From: an uncultured bacterium
Lineage (GTDB): Bacteria; Omnitrophota; Omnitrophia; Omnitrophales; Aquincolibacteriaceae
Reading direction: 5' to 3'
Assembly: GCA_964434115.1 (NCBI GenBank)
Contig: CAYSSX010000004.1
Span: 81,684 to 145,683 of the forward strand
Length of the DNA: 64,000 nt
Below are positions 21,051 through 33,600 of this stretch, in pieces (the first letter of the stretch is position 1; every line of letters begins with the position of its first letter). Below the pieces are notes generated by a model that had not been told where the DNA came from, searched no databases, and was given only the letters and a program-made list of their open reading frames with translations. The translations under genes were made by a program, and so were the position numbers.

Positions 21051-21971
21051 TTACTGGGTCCGTCCTCTTTGTGACGGAATTTTATTCCGCACGGACGGCT
21101 GCAGGATCTGGGGATGCGGCAGCGGTGTTTTAACACCCTTAACTATCCAGTAGGGGAAAAGAGCATGCGGCAGGCAGACCATATCCCCCGCTCCAAATCC
21201 GCGCACGGCATTCCTCAAGACCCCATTGATCTCTTGCGAAGTATACGCCCTGCGCATACTTTTGACACCATCCCAAACCAGCGTTGTGGAACCTCCGAAA
21301 AGGTATCCTGAAAACCAGGCGAAAGGGGGCCCCCAAAAGCGCCGCTCCATGTCCACAATCAGCCAGCCGCACCGGGAAACCCGGAGAATTTCTTCAAAAA
21401 AACCTGTCAGGCTTTTCAAGGTACGGACATGGTGCACCACATAGCTGGAAACCACGATGTCGATGCTTTCATCTTCAAGGGGGCTCAAATCACTGCCGCT
21501 GCCCAAAATCAGTTTGGCCGGAACGTTTTTTTCTTTCAGATGCGCGGCGGTCTTTTCCAGAAAATCCTTATCCACGTCAATGCCGTATAATTCCACGGGA
21601 ATTCCCTGCTTTAAAGACCAGCTGTGAATCCTTTCCAGAAGTCCGCCTCCGCCGACGCCGATATCCAGAATTCTGAGCGGCCGGTCAGCCTTTAAATGCG
21701 CGGGAATGGATTTCACCAGTTTCGTCAGTTCCATGAGGAAAGCGGTGTGGTAGCCCGAGCGGCGGTTCAATCCGTTTAACCGGGCCACGAGATCCACCCT
21801 CTTTTCCATGGGGAGTGCCGGATTTTCAAGGAACTCTTCCTCATCCTTATAAACACTCCGGTCAAGCCGGCTGAAAAACCGCTGAATAAAAGAAAGATTT
21901 TTTTGAGGAGCGATCGAATCAATCGCTTGAAGAACATCGGAAGAGACGCCAGGGATCTCTTTAGAACTCAT
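21051..21971 (-). CDS. Class I SAM-dependent methyltransferase
   Basis: Motif I ILDIGVGGGGL followed by an acidic post-I residue. Confidence 0.6.
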   Translation of the reverse strand: MSSKEIPGVSSDVLQAIDSIAPQKNLSFIQRFFSRLDRSVYKDEEEFLENPALPMEKRVDLVARLNGLNRRSGYHTAFLMELTKLVKSIPAHLKADRPLRILDIGVGGGGLLERIHSWSLKQGIPVELYGIDVDKDFLEKTAAHLKEKNVPAKLILGSGSDLSPLEDESIDIVVSSYVVHHVRTLKSLTGFFEEILRVSRCGWLIVDMERRFWGPPFAWFSGYLFGGSTTLVWDGVKSMRRAYTSQEINGVLRNAVRGFGAGDMVCLPHALFPYWIVKGVKTPLPHPQILQPSVRNKIPSQRGRTQ

Positions 21972-22084
21972 GGTTTTATCCTTTCAAGATAACCCTTGGT
22001 GAAATTTCAGGATCAAGAGGAGTCCTTTGTTTCGGCATTTTCGACGGGTTTTTTGAGGGGGAAAACAGAATTAAACCCGGCCCG

Positions 22085-24883
22085 TTAGCCGGTATTCCGG
22101 AGGCCCGCGGCAACACAATTGATGGTTAAAAGAAGATGCGATTTGTCCGGCTCTGTGGCCGTGTCGGATTGAAGTTTTTTCAGCAGTTCCACCTGGAGAC
22201 GGTTCATCTCCCGGATGGCCGGGAAACGCATGGCGCTGACCCTCGCAAAATTCGGATGCTCTTCGTCCAGAGTTTTGGTTTCTGTCACTTTCAAAATCGC
22301 GGAAGCGGAGCGGTCAAACTCGGCCTGAATGGCGCCAAAAATACGCGCGCGTATGGCCGTGTCTTCGCAAAGCCCGGAGTACCAGCCCGCGACCGTCATA
22401 TCCGCGGTCAAAAGACTGGTTTTAACCGACATGATCAGGTTAATAAAAAAACGCCATTCTTTATACATCCGCTGGATCACGGCAAGGCGCTTGGGGTCCC
22501 GGATCGCGTCCGTTAAGGCACTGCCAAGTCCATACCAGCCGGAAATCAAATGCCGGTTCTGGGTCCAGGAAAAAACCCAGGGTATGGCACGCAGGTCCTG
22601 AATACCGGTGGTTTCTTTTCTTTTCACGGGCCGGGACCCGATATTCAAAAGCCCGATGACATCAATCGGAGATGCGGAACGGAAATAGGTCACAAACCCC
22701 GGGTCTTCGACGAGCGCCCGGTAAGACTGGTAAGAGGCCTGGGACAGGCGCTCCATTTCATCCGTAAAAATCTGAGGAATGGTCAGCGGGTGCAGTTCAT
22801 TTTCCAGACTCGCGGCCATCACACTTCCGGCCAGGAGTTTCAAATGATAAAGAGCGGTTTCGGGATTCGCGTATTTCGAAGAAATCACTTCCCCCTGTTC
22901 GGTCAGCTTAATGCGCCCCCGGAGTGTGCCGGGCGGAAGGCTGAGGATGGTGCGCTGCGTGGGGGCGCCGCCCCGGGAAATCGACCCTCCCGTGCCATGA
23001 AAAAATTTGAGAATCATTCCCTTTTCCCCGGCAACACGGCTCATTTCTCCCTGCGCCTTGTAAATCTCCCAGGCCGCGGCGGCGATGCCTCCGTCCTTGT
23101 TGGAATCCGAATACCCCACCATAACCTGCTGCATTAAACGCCGCGGAGTAAGGCTTTCCCTTACGATGGGAAAAGAGAACAAGGCTTCGAGAATAGCCGG
23201 GGAACGCCGGAGGTCGTGAATCGTTTCAAAGAGCGGCACAATCGAAACCGGGCAGATCTTCCCTTCGAAAGTCCCTGCCTCTTTCATGAATAAATAAACC
23301 ATGAGGAGGTCTGAAACATTCCGCGTCATGGAAATGATGTAAGAACCGATCAACTCCGGGTCAAGGGCCTTCCTTGCCCACGGAATCACCCGGAAGGTTT
23401 CAAGAATTTCCTGTGTGCCCGGGGTGTAGGGCTGCCAGGAAGCGATCAGTGCCCGGGGCGAGGCAATTTCCTTTTCAAGCCAGGCACACCGTTCGGTTTC
23501 TGATTTTTCAAGATAAGACCCCGCCCCGGCAAGGCGTGCAATTTCATCCATCGCCCGCTCCAGGGCCTCGCTGTTTTCCCGGAAATCCAGCTTCGCGAGA
23601 TGAAAACCGAAAGTCTTCACACGGAATTCAAACGGCCTGAGCCAGACCTCGGCCGCGCGGCTGCTGGCGTTCTGTTCAAGGCTTTGGCGGATGACCATCA
23701 AATCGTCAAGGAGTTCGCAGGGATGCCGGTAGGCGTGTACCGGCCACTGTTCAGGATCCAGCTTTTTCTCAATGGCTTCCTTGCGTGCTTCGATTTTGGT
23801 GCGGATCACGGAGAGTTTAATCCGGTAAGGTTCGTGCCGGTTCCGCATCTCAAACTCAGGGAAAGAAGGAACCGTCTTGCGGTCTTCAGCCAGGGACTGC
23901 ATCAGCTCTTCACTGCGTTTCATTTTCCAGGAAGAATGCGGAAATTTCCGGATCAGATCGGAGACTTCTTCACGGTAGAGATCGAGAATAAAAACCGAAT
24001 GCCGGAGAAGCGTCTGCTTCGTGACGCTTGCGGTAGCAAAAGGATTGCCGTCGCGGTCGCCTCCGCGCCAGCTTGAAAACTGGATCAGGGCCGGGATATC
24101 GAAGCGCTCCCCCGGAAAAGCCTGCTTTAAAGCACGGTACAACCGGCTCAAAACTACGGGAATCAAGGGGTAGAAAGTATTGCGGAAATAAAAAAGCCCG
24201 TTTTCCACCTCATCCATGACGCGCGGCTTCTCAAGGTAAATGTCCCCGGTCTGCCAAAGGATTTCAATTTGGGCTTTGACCCGTTCTGAAATTTCCTGGA
24301 TCTCACGGCTTGTCAGGTCCGCCTGATTGAGGCGTGAAAGTTCATCGTAAATCCGCTTATGGCCTTCCAGGACCGTCACACGCTTGGCTTCCGTAGGATG
24401 CGCGGTCAACACGGGCTGAATTTCAAATCCGGAAAGGAATGCCTTGATCTGTTCGGATTGAACCCCCTGACGCACCAGCATGTCAATCGCGGAGCGAAAG
24501 GCCCATACCGGGGAAGCGGAAGAACGCGAATTTTCATGAAGTTCAGTTTCTTCGCGCGTGCGCCGGGAGTGCGCGCCGCAAAGCTCTTCCGCGATATTAA
24601 AGAGATGGAACAAAATGGAATAGGCCTGAATCACGCCTTCGCGCTGCGCCATATTGTCAAACTGGCGGCGCCAGGCAGCCTCGGTCTCTTCAGCAGACGC
24701 CAGCGCGGGAAGCATCGCGGCAATCCCCGGAGCACCGGAAGAAGAAAGCACTTCCGCCAGAAATTCCTTAAGGCGGAAGGATTCCTTTTTAAACTGCTCG
24801 GGATCAAAATCCGCGGCGTTATACTGAAAAATAATCGGTTCCGGGTGATTCGATTTCATGACCTTCCTTGAGTCTTTCGGCAA
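22085..24883 (-). CDS. ppc: Phosphoenolpyruvate carboxylase
   Basis: 932 aa; signature VGYSDSNKDGG and FHGTGGSISRGGAPTQ; C-terminal TG. Confidence 0.9.
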   Translation of the reverse strand: MPKDSRKVMKSNHPEPIIFQYNAADFDPEQFKKESFRLKEFLAEVLSSSGAPGIAAMLPALASAEETEAAWRRQFDNMAQREGVIQAYSILFHLFNIAEELCGAHSRRTREETELHENSRSSASPVWAFRSAIDMLVRQGVQSEQIKAFLSGFEIQPVLTAHPTEAKRVTVLEGHKRIYDELSRLNQADLTSREIQEISERVKAQIEILWQTGDIYLEKPRVMDEVENGLFYFRNTFYPLIPVVLSRLYRALKQAFPGERFDIPALIQFSSWRGGDRDGNPFATASVTKQTLLRHSVFILDLYREEVSDLIRKFPHSSWKMKRSEELMQSLAEDRKTVPSFPEFEMRNRHEPYRIKLSVIRTKIEARKEAIEKKLDPEQWPVHAYRHPCELLDDLMVIRQSLEQNASSRAAEVWLRPFEFRVKTFGFHLAKLDFRENSEALERAMDEIARLAGAGSYLEKSETERCAWLEKEIASPRALIASWQPYTPGTQEILETFRVIPWARKALDPELIGSYIISMTRNVSDLLMVYLFMKEAGTFEGKICPVSIVPLFETIHDLRRSPAILEALFSFPIVRESLTPRRLMQQVMVGYSDSNKDGGIAAAAWEIYKAQGEMSRVAGEKGMILKFFHGTGGSISRGGAPTQRTILSLPPGTLRGRIKLTEQGEVISSKYANPETALYHLKLLAGSVMAASLENELHPLTIPQIFTDEMERLSQASYQSYRALVEDPGFVTYFRSASPIDVIGLLNIGSRPVKRKETTGIQDLRAIPWVFSWTQNRHLISGWYGLGSALTDAIRDPKRLAVIQRMYKEWRFFINLIMSVKTSLLTADMTVAGWYSGLCEDTAIRARIFGAIQAEFDRSASAILKVTETKTLDEEHPNFARVSAMRFPAIREMNRLQVELLKKLQSDTATEPDKSHLLLTINCVAAGLRNTG

Positions 24884-25096
24884 TTGAGCAAAGCTCCCTT
24901 CTGCAGAATCTGCGCATTATAGAGCAATCCGGCTTGTTCCCCAAAGGAAGATATGCGGTGCCGAAACCGGGACTTCTCGTTTAGAAGAAGTTTAGCATTT
25001 GCGGGGTTTTTCAGGGAAAGGGGGATGAGCCGGTTATCGCGGGAGCACGGCTCGAAGGGTTCCGGGAAAATCAGCCCGGCCGGCTAGGGTTCTCGT

Positions 25097-26032
25097 TTAA
25101 GCACCGCATAAGCGCCAGCGGTTATGCATCCAGAGCGTCCAGTCTTCGGGACGTTTACGGATCTGTGTTTCCAGGCGATGGGCGTATTGCTGAGTATTCG
25201 CGGTAAGGTCTTCCCGGAAATGTCCGGTCTTGATCAATTTAAACGGTTTTTGAAAAATAAGGACAGAACGGGTTTTTTCTTCACGGTAATAGAATGTCGA
25301 GATCACCGGCGTATTGTATTTAAGGCTCAGCGTGGCCGGAAGGCCTGAGGTGGCGGCCTTTCTTCCCAGAAAGTCCACCCAGACCTCGCCTTTCTTAACG
25401 TGCTCATCAATCAGAACAGCCACCACCTTGTTTTGCTGTAAAAGTTTGACCATTTTTCCAACCGCCCCTTTTTGGTCAATACTTTTCAACCCCGTGGCCC
25501 CGCGGAATCGTTTAATAAAGTCGTACACAAACGGGTTCTTCACCGGTTTTCCCACTGCGTGAATCGGAATCCCCCGGGCCGCAGCAGCAACGGCCATCAG
25601 TTCCCAATTCCCAAAATGTGACACGACAAGGATGACTCCCTTGCCCTCCTTGAGCGCTTCCCAGACATTTTCTTCCCCGCGGATTTCAATATGTTTTGCC
25701 GGGTTTTTCGCGATCACGGGAATGCGTAAAAATTCAAAGATGACCTTGACCATCCCCTGCATGGAAGCCCGCCCTATTTCCTGGACAGCCCGGATCGACT
25801 TTTTAGGAAATGCGGCCTGCACGTTTTCAATGGAAATACGCCGGCGGCGCTTGCGAAGAAAAAGAAGGGCGCCTACACCTTCCGCGATCTTCATGGACAT
25901 GGATTTGCTGCAGCCTTTGAAAATAAAGACCAGACTCCGGAAAAACAAGTACTGAAAATAAAAATAAACTTTACGCATGCTCTTCTTTCTTCTTCCGCAA
26001 TCCTGAAATTTGAACTTCCAAACACACGTCAT
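25097..26032 (-). CDS. Lipid A biosynthesis late acyltransferase (LpxL/HtrB-like lysophospholipid acyltransferase)
   Basis: N-terminal TM, HxxxxD-type acyltransferase region (SHFGNWE). True start is probably the Met at ~25978. Confidence 0.65.
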   Translation of the reverse strand: MTCVWKFKFQDCGRRKKSMRKVYFYFQYLFFRSLVFIFKGCSKSMSMKIAEGVGALLFLRKRRRRISIENVQAAFPKKSIRAVQEIGRASMQGMVKVIFEFLRIPVIAKNPAKHIEIRGEENVWEALKEGKGVILVVSHFGNWELMAVAAAARGIPIHAVGKPVKNPFVYDFIKRFRGATGLKSIDQKGAVGKMVKLLQQNKVVAVLIDEHVKKGEVWVDFLGRKAATSGLPATLSLKYNTPVISTFYYREEKTRSVLIFQKPFKLIKTGHFREDLTANTQQYAHRLETQIRKRPEDWTLWMHNRWRLCGA

Positions 26033-26189
26033 CCCTACACCGCCAGGGTTCTAAAAATTTATTATGACGCCTTCCGGGATGCCTGCCTGTGAGCAAGATC
26101 ACAAAATCTCTTAAAAGTTCCTGCCCCAAGGGGTCAGCCCGGTAAAAAAGACCTAAAAGACCCTTCACTGTACGCTGAATCTTTTGGAC

Positions 26190-26219
26190 TTGGTACTTAA
26201 ATCGGGAAAAGGGTATAAT
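26190..26219 (+). promoter_or_regulatory. Sigma70-like promoter TTGGTA-18nt-TATAAT
   Basis: -35 at 26190-26195, -10 at 26214-26219, about 15 nt upstream of the ATG at 26235; seen directly in sequence. Confidence 0.35.
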
Positions 26220-26234
26220 CCGGCCTCATCACCT

Positions 26235-26684
26235 ATGACAGACAGTGACAAGCCTAAAACCTTCTGGACAGTGCTTCCCGCGCTTTTGGCCGGCTCCGCC
26301 AGCCTGATCACGGCCGCAGTTGCGCTTATGAGTTTCTTATCTTCCAGCCATCCCAAAGAACCTTCTCCCCAGGTAAGCCCCGCGCCTCAAACCGTTCAGT
26401 TAAAAAACCTCAGTGAATGTAGTGAAATTGTAGGCCGATGGGATTGGTTTACGGGCGGAGAGACCCGTCTGGATGAAAACGGCGGGCTTGAGTGGCGGCA
26501 GAACCCTTATTCTCCGGTTCCGCTCGTTGTGGGACGCTGGGCATGCACCGGTTCTAATCCCAGAACGTTTCTCCTGAGCTGGCAGAACGGCCTCACGGAT
26601 TCCGTGACGCTTTCTCCCGATAAAAAGAGCCTTGCCGGAAGCAACCAGGCGAAGGTACTCGTTTCCGGGACCCGGAAATCCTGA
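26235..26684 (+). CDS. Hypothetical membrane-anchored protein
   Basis: Start re-assigned to MTDSDKPK downstream of the promoter; one N-terminal TM helix, Cys/Trp-containing soluble domain. Confidence 0.4.
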   Translation: MTDSDKPKTFWTVLPALLAGSASLITAAVALMSFLSSSHPKEPSPQVSPAPQTVQLKNLSECSEIVGRWDWFTGGETRLDENGGLEWRQNPYSPVPLVVGRWACTGSNPRTFLLSWQNGLTDSVTLSPDKKSLAGSNQAKVLVSGTRKS

Positions 26685-26726
26685 CCCCCTGTTTTTCCCT
26701 CGAAACCTCCCCTGAGAAGACTTCCC

Positions 26727-27521
26727 TCAGGAAATAGTTTTCCTTCCTTTAAGGGCGTCGGGAATAAACCACTTACGGGTCCAGGCCTTTAGAACTCGTT
26801 TGGAGAATATTTTCCGGGCCCTTTGATAGAGCTCGGCATCGAGGGCATTCGCTTTCATAATCACCTGGCGGGTTGACAGGCTCATTTGAAAACCCATGTT
26901 GTTCTCCCATCCTCCATTCAGCGGAACATAATCCAAAACTCTCCAATTAAAAACTTCCGAAAAGTGGCGGACTGTATCATCGAACCTTTCCAGTACGCCG
27001 AACGCGGACATTTGTTCACTTAAAATCCGGCTAGCCTTCTCGAGGTCCGCTTCGGTTACAGTTCCAAAAGCCTTATCCATGGTGTCTGAAAGCATACGGA
27101 CCTGAAAATTATCCAATTCCCGGCTGAAGCGGCTTTGGGCAAAAGCTTCCAAGGATAACCCCGGTTCCTGTGTTAGTTTATAGAGATAGTCGCTGGGCGA
27201 TCTCAAAATATGAAAATAAAAAGACGCAATACGGTCTGCGGGATCTCTCAGAAGGGTCAGGTACCGCCATGACCGGAAAGGCAAATCACGGTGGAGCCCG
27301 TAGGGAAAGTGCCCGGAAAGAATCCGGTATTCTTTTTTTTCGGTTTCGGGCAGGGAGAGAAAGTTTTCTTCGTCAAGCCGTGAATGCATCAAACGGATGC
27401 GGACGCCCGGGTAATTGGATTGAAGAAGCCCATTCAGCGTAGTTCCACCGGTTTTTGGAATATGCAGGAAAATGAAACCACGATCATCTTCCTCAGGCTT
27501 TCTAAAACTCATAGCCCGCAC
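26727..27521 (-). CDS. Sulfotransferase (Sulfotransfer_2-like carbohydrate sulfotransferase)
   Basis: PAPS 5'-phosphosulfate-binding motif FLHIPKTGGTT near the N-terminus; 141 nt downstream of the giant ORF on the same strand. Confidence 0.65.
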   Translation of the reverse strand: MRAMSFRKPEEDDRGFIFLHIPKTGGTTLNGLLQSNYPGVRIRLMHSRLDEENFLSLPETEKKEYRILSGHFPYGLHRDLPFRSWRYLTLLRDPADRIASFYFHILRSPSDYLYKLTQEPGLSLEAFAQSRFSRELDNFQVRMLSDTMDKAFGTVTEADLEKASRILSEQMSAFGVLERFDDTVRHFSEVFNWRVLDYVPLNGGWENNMGFQMSLSTRQVIMKANALDAELYQRARKIFSKRVLKAWTRKWFIPDALKGRKTIS

Positions 27522-27662
27522 TTTCTGGGGGTTGGCTTTCCTGAAAAAAACTTACAGAATGGTTGTCATCAATTTAAACGGGGATGTGTCCCGGGTCAAC
27601 TTTAATAAAAAACCTCGTCCGCTTTCCAGGAAAGGATTTTATTAAATACGATTGAACTGGGT

Positions 27663-30600
27663 TTAGGCAGACGCAGAAATACTTCTAAGCGCTTTAAAAA
27701 TCTGCCCAAGATTCGCGAAAGCGCTTGAGCTAGCCTGAACAAAAAGCCCGCTCTTGAGCTGCTGCAGCCGGCTTTCTTCAGCGCCCTGAAGAAGAAGCAC
27801 TGCGGCTTGAAGCAGCGACACACCGTAACCGCGGTTCTTTTCATCAAATTTCAAAAGCGCTCCGCCCGGCAGACGGTCCGCCTGAATTCTTGTCTCCCGG
27901 GCAGGTTCCGGAATCACGCCTTCCGAATCTCCGTCCGCGGTCCAATCCACCCAAGCCGAAAGCGCGCCCTTCGGAATTAAACTGCCGGTCAAGCGGTTTG
28001 AAGCGGTCACAATCGGCATGCGGGAGTAAATTTGGTTACGCACGGCGGCGTCTCCAGGGTATTCGGTCTTAAGAAACTCCAAAAGTTTTTCCCGCAAAGG
28101 CTCGGCGTCTTCATCACGGTCTACGGTCAGTACCACATAATGAGCCTTGGCCTGATTGGTTCCGATCAGAAAGCGGGCGGTATCAAAAATCTGCTCCAGG
28201 GCTTCCCTTTTGGAGGCATCCCGGATATGCGCGAAAAGCGCAATCACTTGTTTGCTGTCCCGCAGAAGGGCCTGAATATTTTCCACCTGATTCTGGAAAC
28301 CTTCACCGCCTTCATTTCGATAGTACGTTTCAACCGCTCCCCTTAAGGCCAAACGGTAATCATTCAGAACCGCACTGTCCCAGGAAGGATCCGCAATGCC
28401 CCCAAGCATCAAGGCCGTGTCATAAGCGTCACGCCCCGTCGGTGCCGCAATAAACGGAAGCCGGACTGCAGGAATATCAAGTGAACCCGGTGCAAAATCC
28501 CTGAGTTCAGAGCGGGTTAAAAATGCGCGGACAGTCTCCGCAGCTGTCAAAATTTCAGGTGTCAAATCCCCTTCTTTCAATACAAGCGGCGGATTGGGGT
28601 TGAGCGGCCAGGTCTTTAATCGGTCAATTTGCCCGACCGCGTGTTCCAGGTAAAAACGCTCTTCTTTTGAATCTGTCAGCGGCGCTTCCACATCAAACGG
28701 ATACTCCACCGGAGTAAAATAAAACCCGGGCGTCTTAAGCGAAAGCCCCATAGTTTCAGCATTCTGTTTCCACTGATGCTGGAAAATTCTGAGGGACAAA
28801 AGCCCGCCTGTGGGAATCTGGGTAAGAACAAAATTCTGCGATTGAACAGCGCCGTCTTTTACGGCCTGGGCCAGCGAAGTCACATTCATGCCTGTATGCA
28901 TGGATTCATCCACGGAATCAAATCCTTTGATTTTGGAAGCAAGGGCAGGATCAAGGGCCAGAATTTCTCTCCGGAGACGCACACGTTCAGGCTCCGCGGC
29001 GCCGCCTTTACCGACAATCACAATTTCAGGAGAGTTAAGTTCACGCGCCTTCTTCACTACGGCTTCGGCGTACCCTTCGTAAGGATTCCCCAAAACCACA
29101 AGCGCATGATCCGCGGGAATGTCTTTGGACTCGGCGGCAAGATGCCTAAACAGCAATTTCGCCGCGCTCTCCTCAGCAGCAGCGCTTTCACTCCGCAATT
29201 CAGAACGTGCTTTTTGAATCATCACATAAGGGATCACATCGTCTCTGCGCTTCACCTGCGTTTTAACAGTCCCATAAACCGCATTTGCAATCTCGGGCGG
29301 CAATACCGCTTTCGCCTGATCACCAAACTGGGCAGGATCCGGAACAATCCCCTCTTCAAAGGCCATGATCAGGATTCCGCCGGGCTTCAATTGCTGAAAC
29401 AGTTGTGTCTTTAAGGTTTCATCAATACTGCGGGGAACAAGAAACCAGGATTTCAAAATGGCTGTGTCTTTCAGGTCAGAAGGTTTTGTAAGAAGCATGC
29501 CGTCCTGAGAATCGAAATCAGCAAGGCCAAGAACCGCGTGGTTTGCAAGAACATCCGGGAGCGCCAGGTACAAAGCCGCTTCACGGCTGTCTGCACTGAA
29601 ACCGGCGTCAGGAGTCAACACGGTCACAGGCTTTTCTGGCTGCTGATTCTGCTGTTCTCTCACTTCGGCCGGAAGACTGTAGTTCCTGAACTGTGCGGCA
29701 AAAACAGGAGAAGCAGGCTGAATGGCTTCGGCTCTGAGTTCGGAGCGCTGATAATCATAGCGCTTCGATTCCAGAAGCACTCGCAAGGCATGGCGGAAAT
29801 TCCGGCGGGTCTCCGCGCTGCTATACAATTCATCAAACGCCGCAGAAAAAACCGTGCGCCCCGCTTTTTCGATCACTACTTTACCGGCTTCGGCGCGCAC
29901 ACCGGCAGAACGCCAGTCGTGATCACGAAAACCGCCCTGAACTTCCGGCAGACTTCCTCCCCGGGTCAGTCCATCCGCAGCTTTTTCAACACTATCCGCC
30001 CAGACAGGCCATTCGCCGAAAATCTGTATAAGGATTTGCCGCGGCTCCTCTGTCCTGAGCACTTGAATATGGATGGCTTCGAACCATTTTTCAGCATAAC
30101 TCACAGCCAACTTGCGGTCTATTCTTGAGAGACGCGCAATGGCCCGAAGACCGTCGATAAAGACCTGAGCCTGCGCATCTGGAAACCCGTAAGATTTCAG
30201 AAAGGCATTGCGGGTGCCAAATTGAACAACTTCATTTTCGATGTCTTTTTCACTGAAGTTCCTCCGGGTTTTAAGAAGCTTCACTCGGACAGGTTCAAGC
30301 AGCGCATGCAGGGCTCGAAAATCACTAAGCCGGGAGGCCCCTTGACCTTTCTCAATGAGACTCTCCAAAATCTCAAGGCCGGCTTGGGCTTTTAAAACTT
30401 CCTCGTCCTTGTCAAAACCCAGGCTGCTGGTGCGGAGTTCAGAGCGTGTATCAGGTTCTGCCGATTCCTCAATCGCAGCTGGCCGGACGGCCTGTTCCAC
30501 CAAGAAAAAAGTTCCTTGGAGCGTGATCCGGTAGGGCCCTTTCACCTTACCCAGCACTGAAGAAACCGTCGTGCTGACAAAAGCGCTTTCCCCTCCATGG

Positions 30601-33600
30601 CTTTCAAAATAGTACCCGCTTCTAAGCGTTTCCCAGACGCCATCCGATGACCGCTTAATTCTCACGGTCGCCGAGAGGTCCTTTTCATAGGCTTTTCTGA
30701 GCCTCATTCTCAAATCCTCAACTTCAAAAACATAGCCCGAAAGTTCTTTCTCTTCCTTCAAATGGGCAAGAATTCCTTCCTCGACTCTTTTTAGCAGAGT
30801 CAACGACAGGCTCTTATCACCCGTAAAACCAAAAGCACGGGAAGCCTGCAGCATGGTCATTGATTCGCTTTTACGCAGCCGCTTGAGCTCCTTCAAAAAC
30901 TCATCGGTAAGATCAAGTCCCCAAACCACATCGGCATGGCTGATGTTCTTAAGAGTCAACTGGGGGTTTCCGGAGGAGCTCAATTTTGCATTGGCTTGGG
31001 TCAAAACCTCTTCCTTTAAAGAAGCTAACACCTGCCAGCCTTGTTTCTGGATACGGTCAAGGTAGGCCTGCTTTTCCTGTCCGAGCAGCTGGAGAAAATG
31101 TCCGGGGCGGACATAAAGCAGTGAGGGATCCATGCCCATAGCCGAATAAAAGTCCCGCATCGCTTTGGGATCCATACCGAAAGATTCCGCGACAAGTTTC
31201 ATATTGCCGGCATAACGGTCATACCGTTCACGCAGAATTCTCCGCATTGGAATCTCCATTCGGGCTGCATAAAAAAACGTGTGATAACCGCGTGTTTTAA
31301 GCCAGACAATCGATGAATGCTTTCTATAAAACTCAGGAATACTCCAACGCAGTTCGAGAGAACCCAGCTCATCGAGGACGTCTGCCGCTTCGATTCTCCG
31401 GCCGGTTTCAGAGGAGAGCGCTTCGAGAACTCGAATCTTGCGGAGATCCTGAATCTGCCCCAGCGCCGCAGGCTGGTAAGCATCATCTTCTGGTGCCGGA
31501 ATGACTTCGGGGTTTTCAAACCGCTGTTTGGTAATCGCCAGCTCAGCCAGGCTTTCGCGAAGAGCTCTCATTTTTCGCGTGCTTTTTTCACGGGTAAATC
31601 CAAACGATTGCCCTACGGACGTGTCAACACCCCCAAAACGGCTGCCTCTAGCGTCATCCTCCTGCGCAAACTCCGCTGCAAGGTCCAGTGTCCATAAGAG
31701 AAATCCATGATCCATGCGGGGCGCGTCGAATTCCGGAAAGAGTTCCAGAAACTGCGAGCGGAAGACCGGAAGATTCCATGTCAGGCCTTTGGAATCAGGC
31801 AATCTCAGCCAGGCTAGCAGATTTTGACGAACAGCTTCATCATCAGCCTTTACCGCCGTGTCCTTGAGAAATACGGCCAAGTGTTCTTTCCCCTCTATCG
31901 TCTGAGGAATCCGGCTTGTGTCAAAAGCTGCAACACGCGCCGGAAGCTCCCGGAGAAAAGTTCTCTGAAGAACCGGACGCTCTGATAATTTGACGACAGG
32001 CTGTCCGTTGTAAGCAGAAAGCTTTTCATAAACAGCATTCAGCATCCGGAAATCCGTCAGCCCAAGGGCTTCAGAGGTCTTTTCTGCATAACCCAAAAAC
32101 TGATCATAAATGCGTTCGATCTCCTTTTTATAAGGTTCAGCTATGCCAAGCGCATACGCAAAAGATGCCGAACCTCCCGCCGCCGTGAGCGTTGACAGCT
32201 TTCCTAGATAGCGCTTTGATAAAAGAGCGTGAAGATCACGCATACGCCAACGGACAGAATCCCCGGAGGCAAGAGCCATCACAACTTCTTCACTGAGCCC
32301 AAGCTCCTCACGCAGCCAGCCCTGTTTCTTTTCTTCTAGGTTCCTGAGCTCTGAACGGGGATTCCATTTTCCGCCCGCGCGGACAGTCGTAATATTTCTT
32401 GATTCCTCAGCTTCAATCCAGAGCGTCGTGGTTTCATTTTTAGGCGAAGGCGATGTTACCGGAGGCTGCCAGTGATCGACTTCCCAATAGCGGATCAAAG
32501 CGCCAATCTGCTCATCCGTAAATTCACGCCTGCCGCTGGTCCTGGCCTGGTGTTCATCCTGTTGAATACGTCCTGCGATCATGCGCTCAACCGTAGGCCG
32601 CGGGAAAGCAAAGAATCCGTCAAAGCGGTCAAAAACGGGTTTGTACTTCTGAAGCTCTTCAGCTACCACTCTTTTAAGACCGGGCTCAACCTGAGAGACA
32701 TCGATATCCGTATTCGCTCCATTCAGCCACCCCTCAAACACAAAGACTCCAATCTTGCCCTTAATCGTATCCGGGGTTTCATGGTCATCCTTCAATTTGC
32801 TGAAACGCGGCAATTCAACAACGGTGTCTGGTCCGCTCTGTTCCATCTCGCGAATATTGCGTTCAATCCACGCGACATCCTGAGTTCCGGGCAAGGCACG
32901 ATTGACCTTCATACCCGGTGCGTAGCCTTTTTCACGCAGCTTTTCGCGGACGTCTTTCGGTAAGTAATAATCATCCAGCGAGCGGGCCACAGCCTGACCT
33001 TCGCTGTCATCCAGCATTTCGTTCAGCAGCAGCGCCATCACTCGGGACAAAGTGGTCTTCCCGCTTCCGATCGCACCGCCGATGCCAAGAACAAAAAGTT
33101 CGTCCGGACGACGGCTTCTTTTTTCAGCGAGCACCCACTGGGCCAGAGGCAGGTAAACACGCCAGAGGGAATCGATCGCGACATCCTCACGCAGAACCTG
33201 TGTCTTCCAGAACTCCCGGAATGAGGGCCAGACTTTTCTTAAAACTTCGATCCGGTCCGCCACAATTTTCTGTTTATCCGTTCCAAAGTACTGTGCCGTT
33301 ACCGACTGCGCAGGGTCCTGATCAAGAAGGGTTTCAAGCTTTTCAAGTTCTTCGGCTCTCGGAGTTCTGCCTTCAGCGATCTCAATAAGCGCGGACCACA
33401 ACTCAGCGTCTTCAGCACGAAGCTCCGACCGTCCCAAGGCCTCGTTCAAACGGCCTGCAATGCTGGCACCATAACCCGCCTGTGTGAAGCCCAGACGGGC
33501 TTTGATAAAGGCGTTGTTGACTTCACGCTCATTCAACTTCCCGAAAATCCCTGCGAGGTCTTTGGCAATCGCTTTAACAGCGGCAGCTTCATCAAATCTT

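Noticed and set aside
27602-27847. 81-aa minus-strand ORF overlapping the 3' end of the giant gene
   Set aside because: It lies out of frame within the giant ORF's last codons; no RBS or motif.
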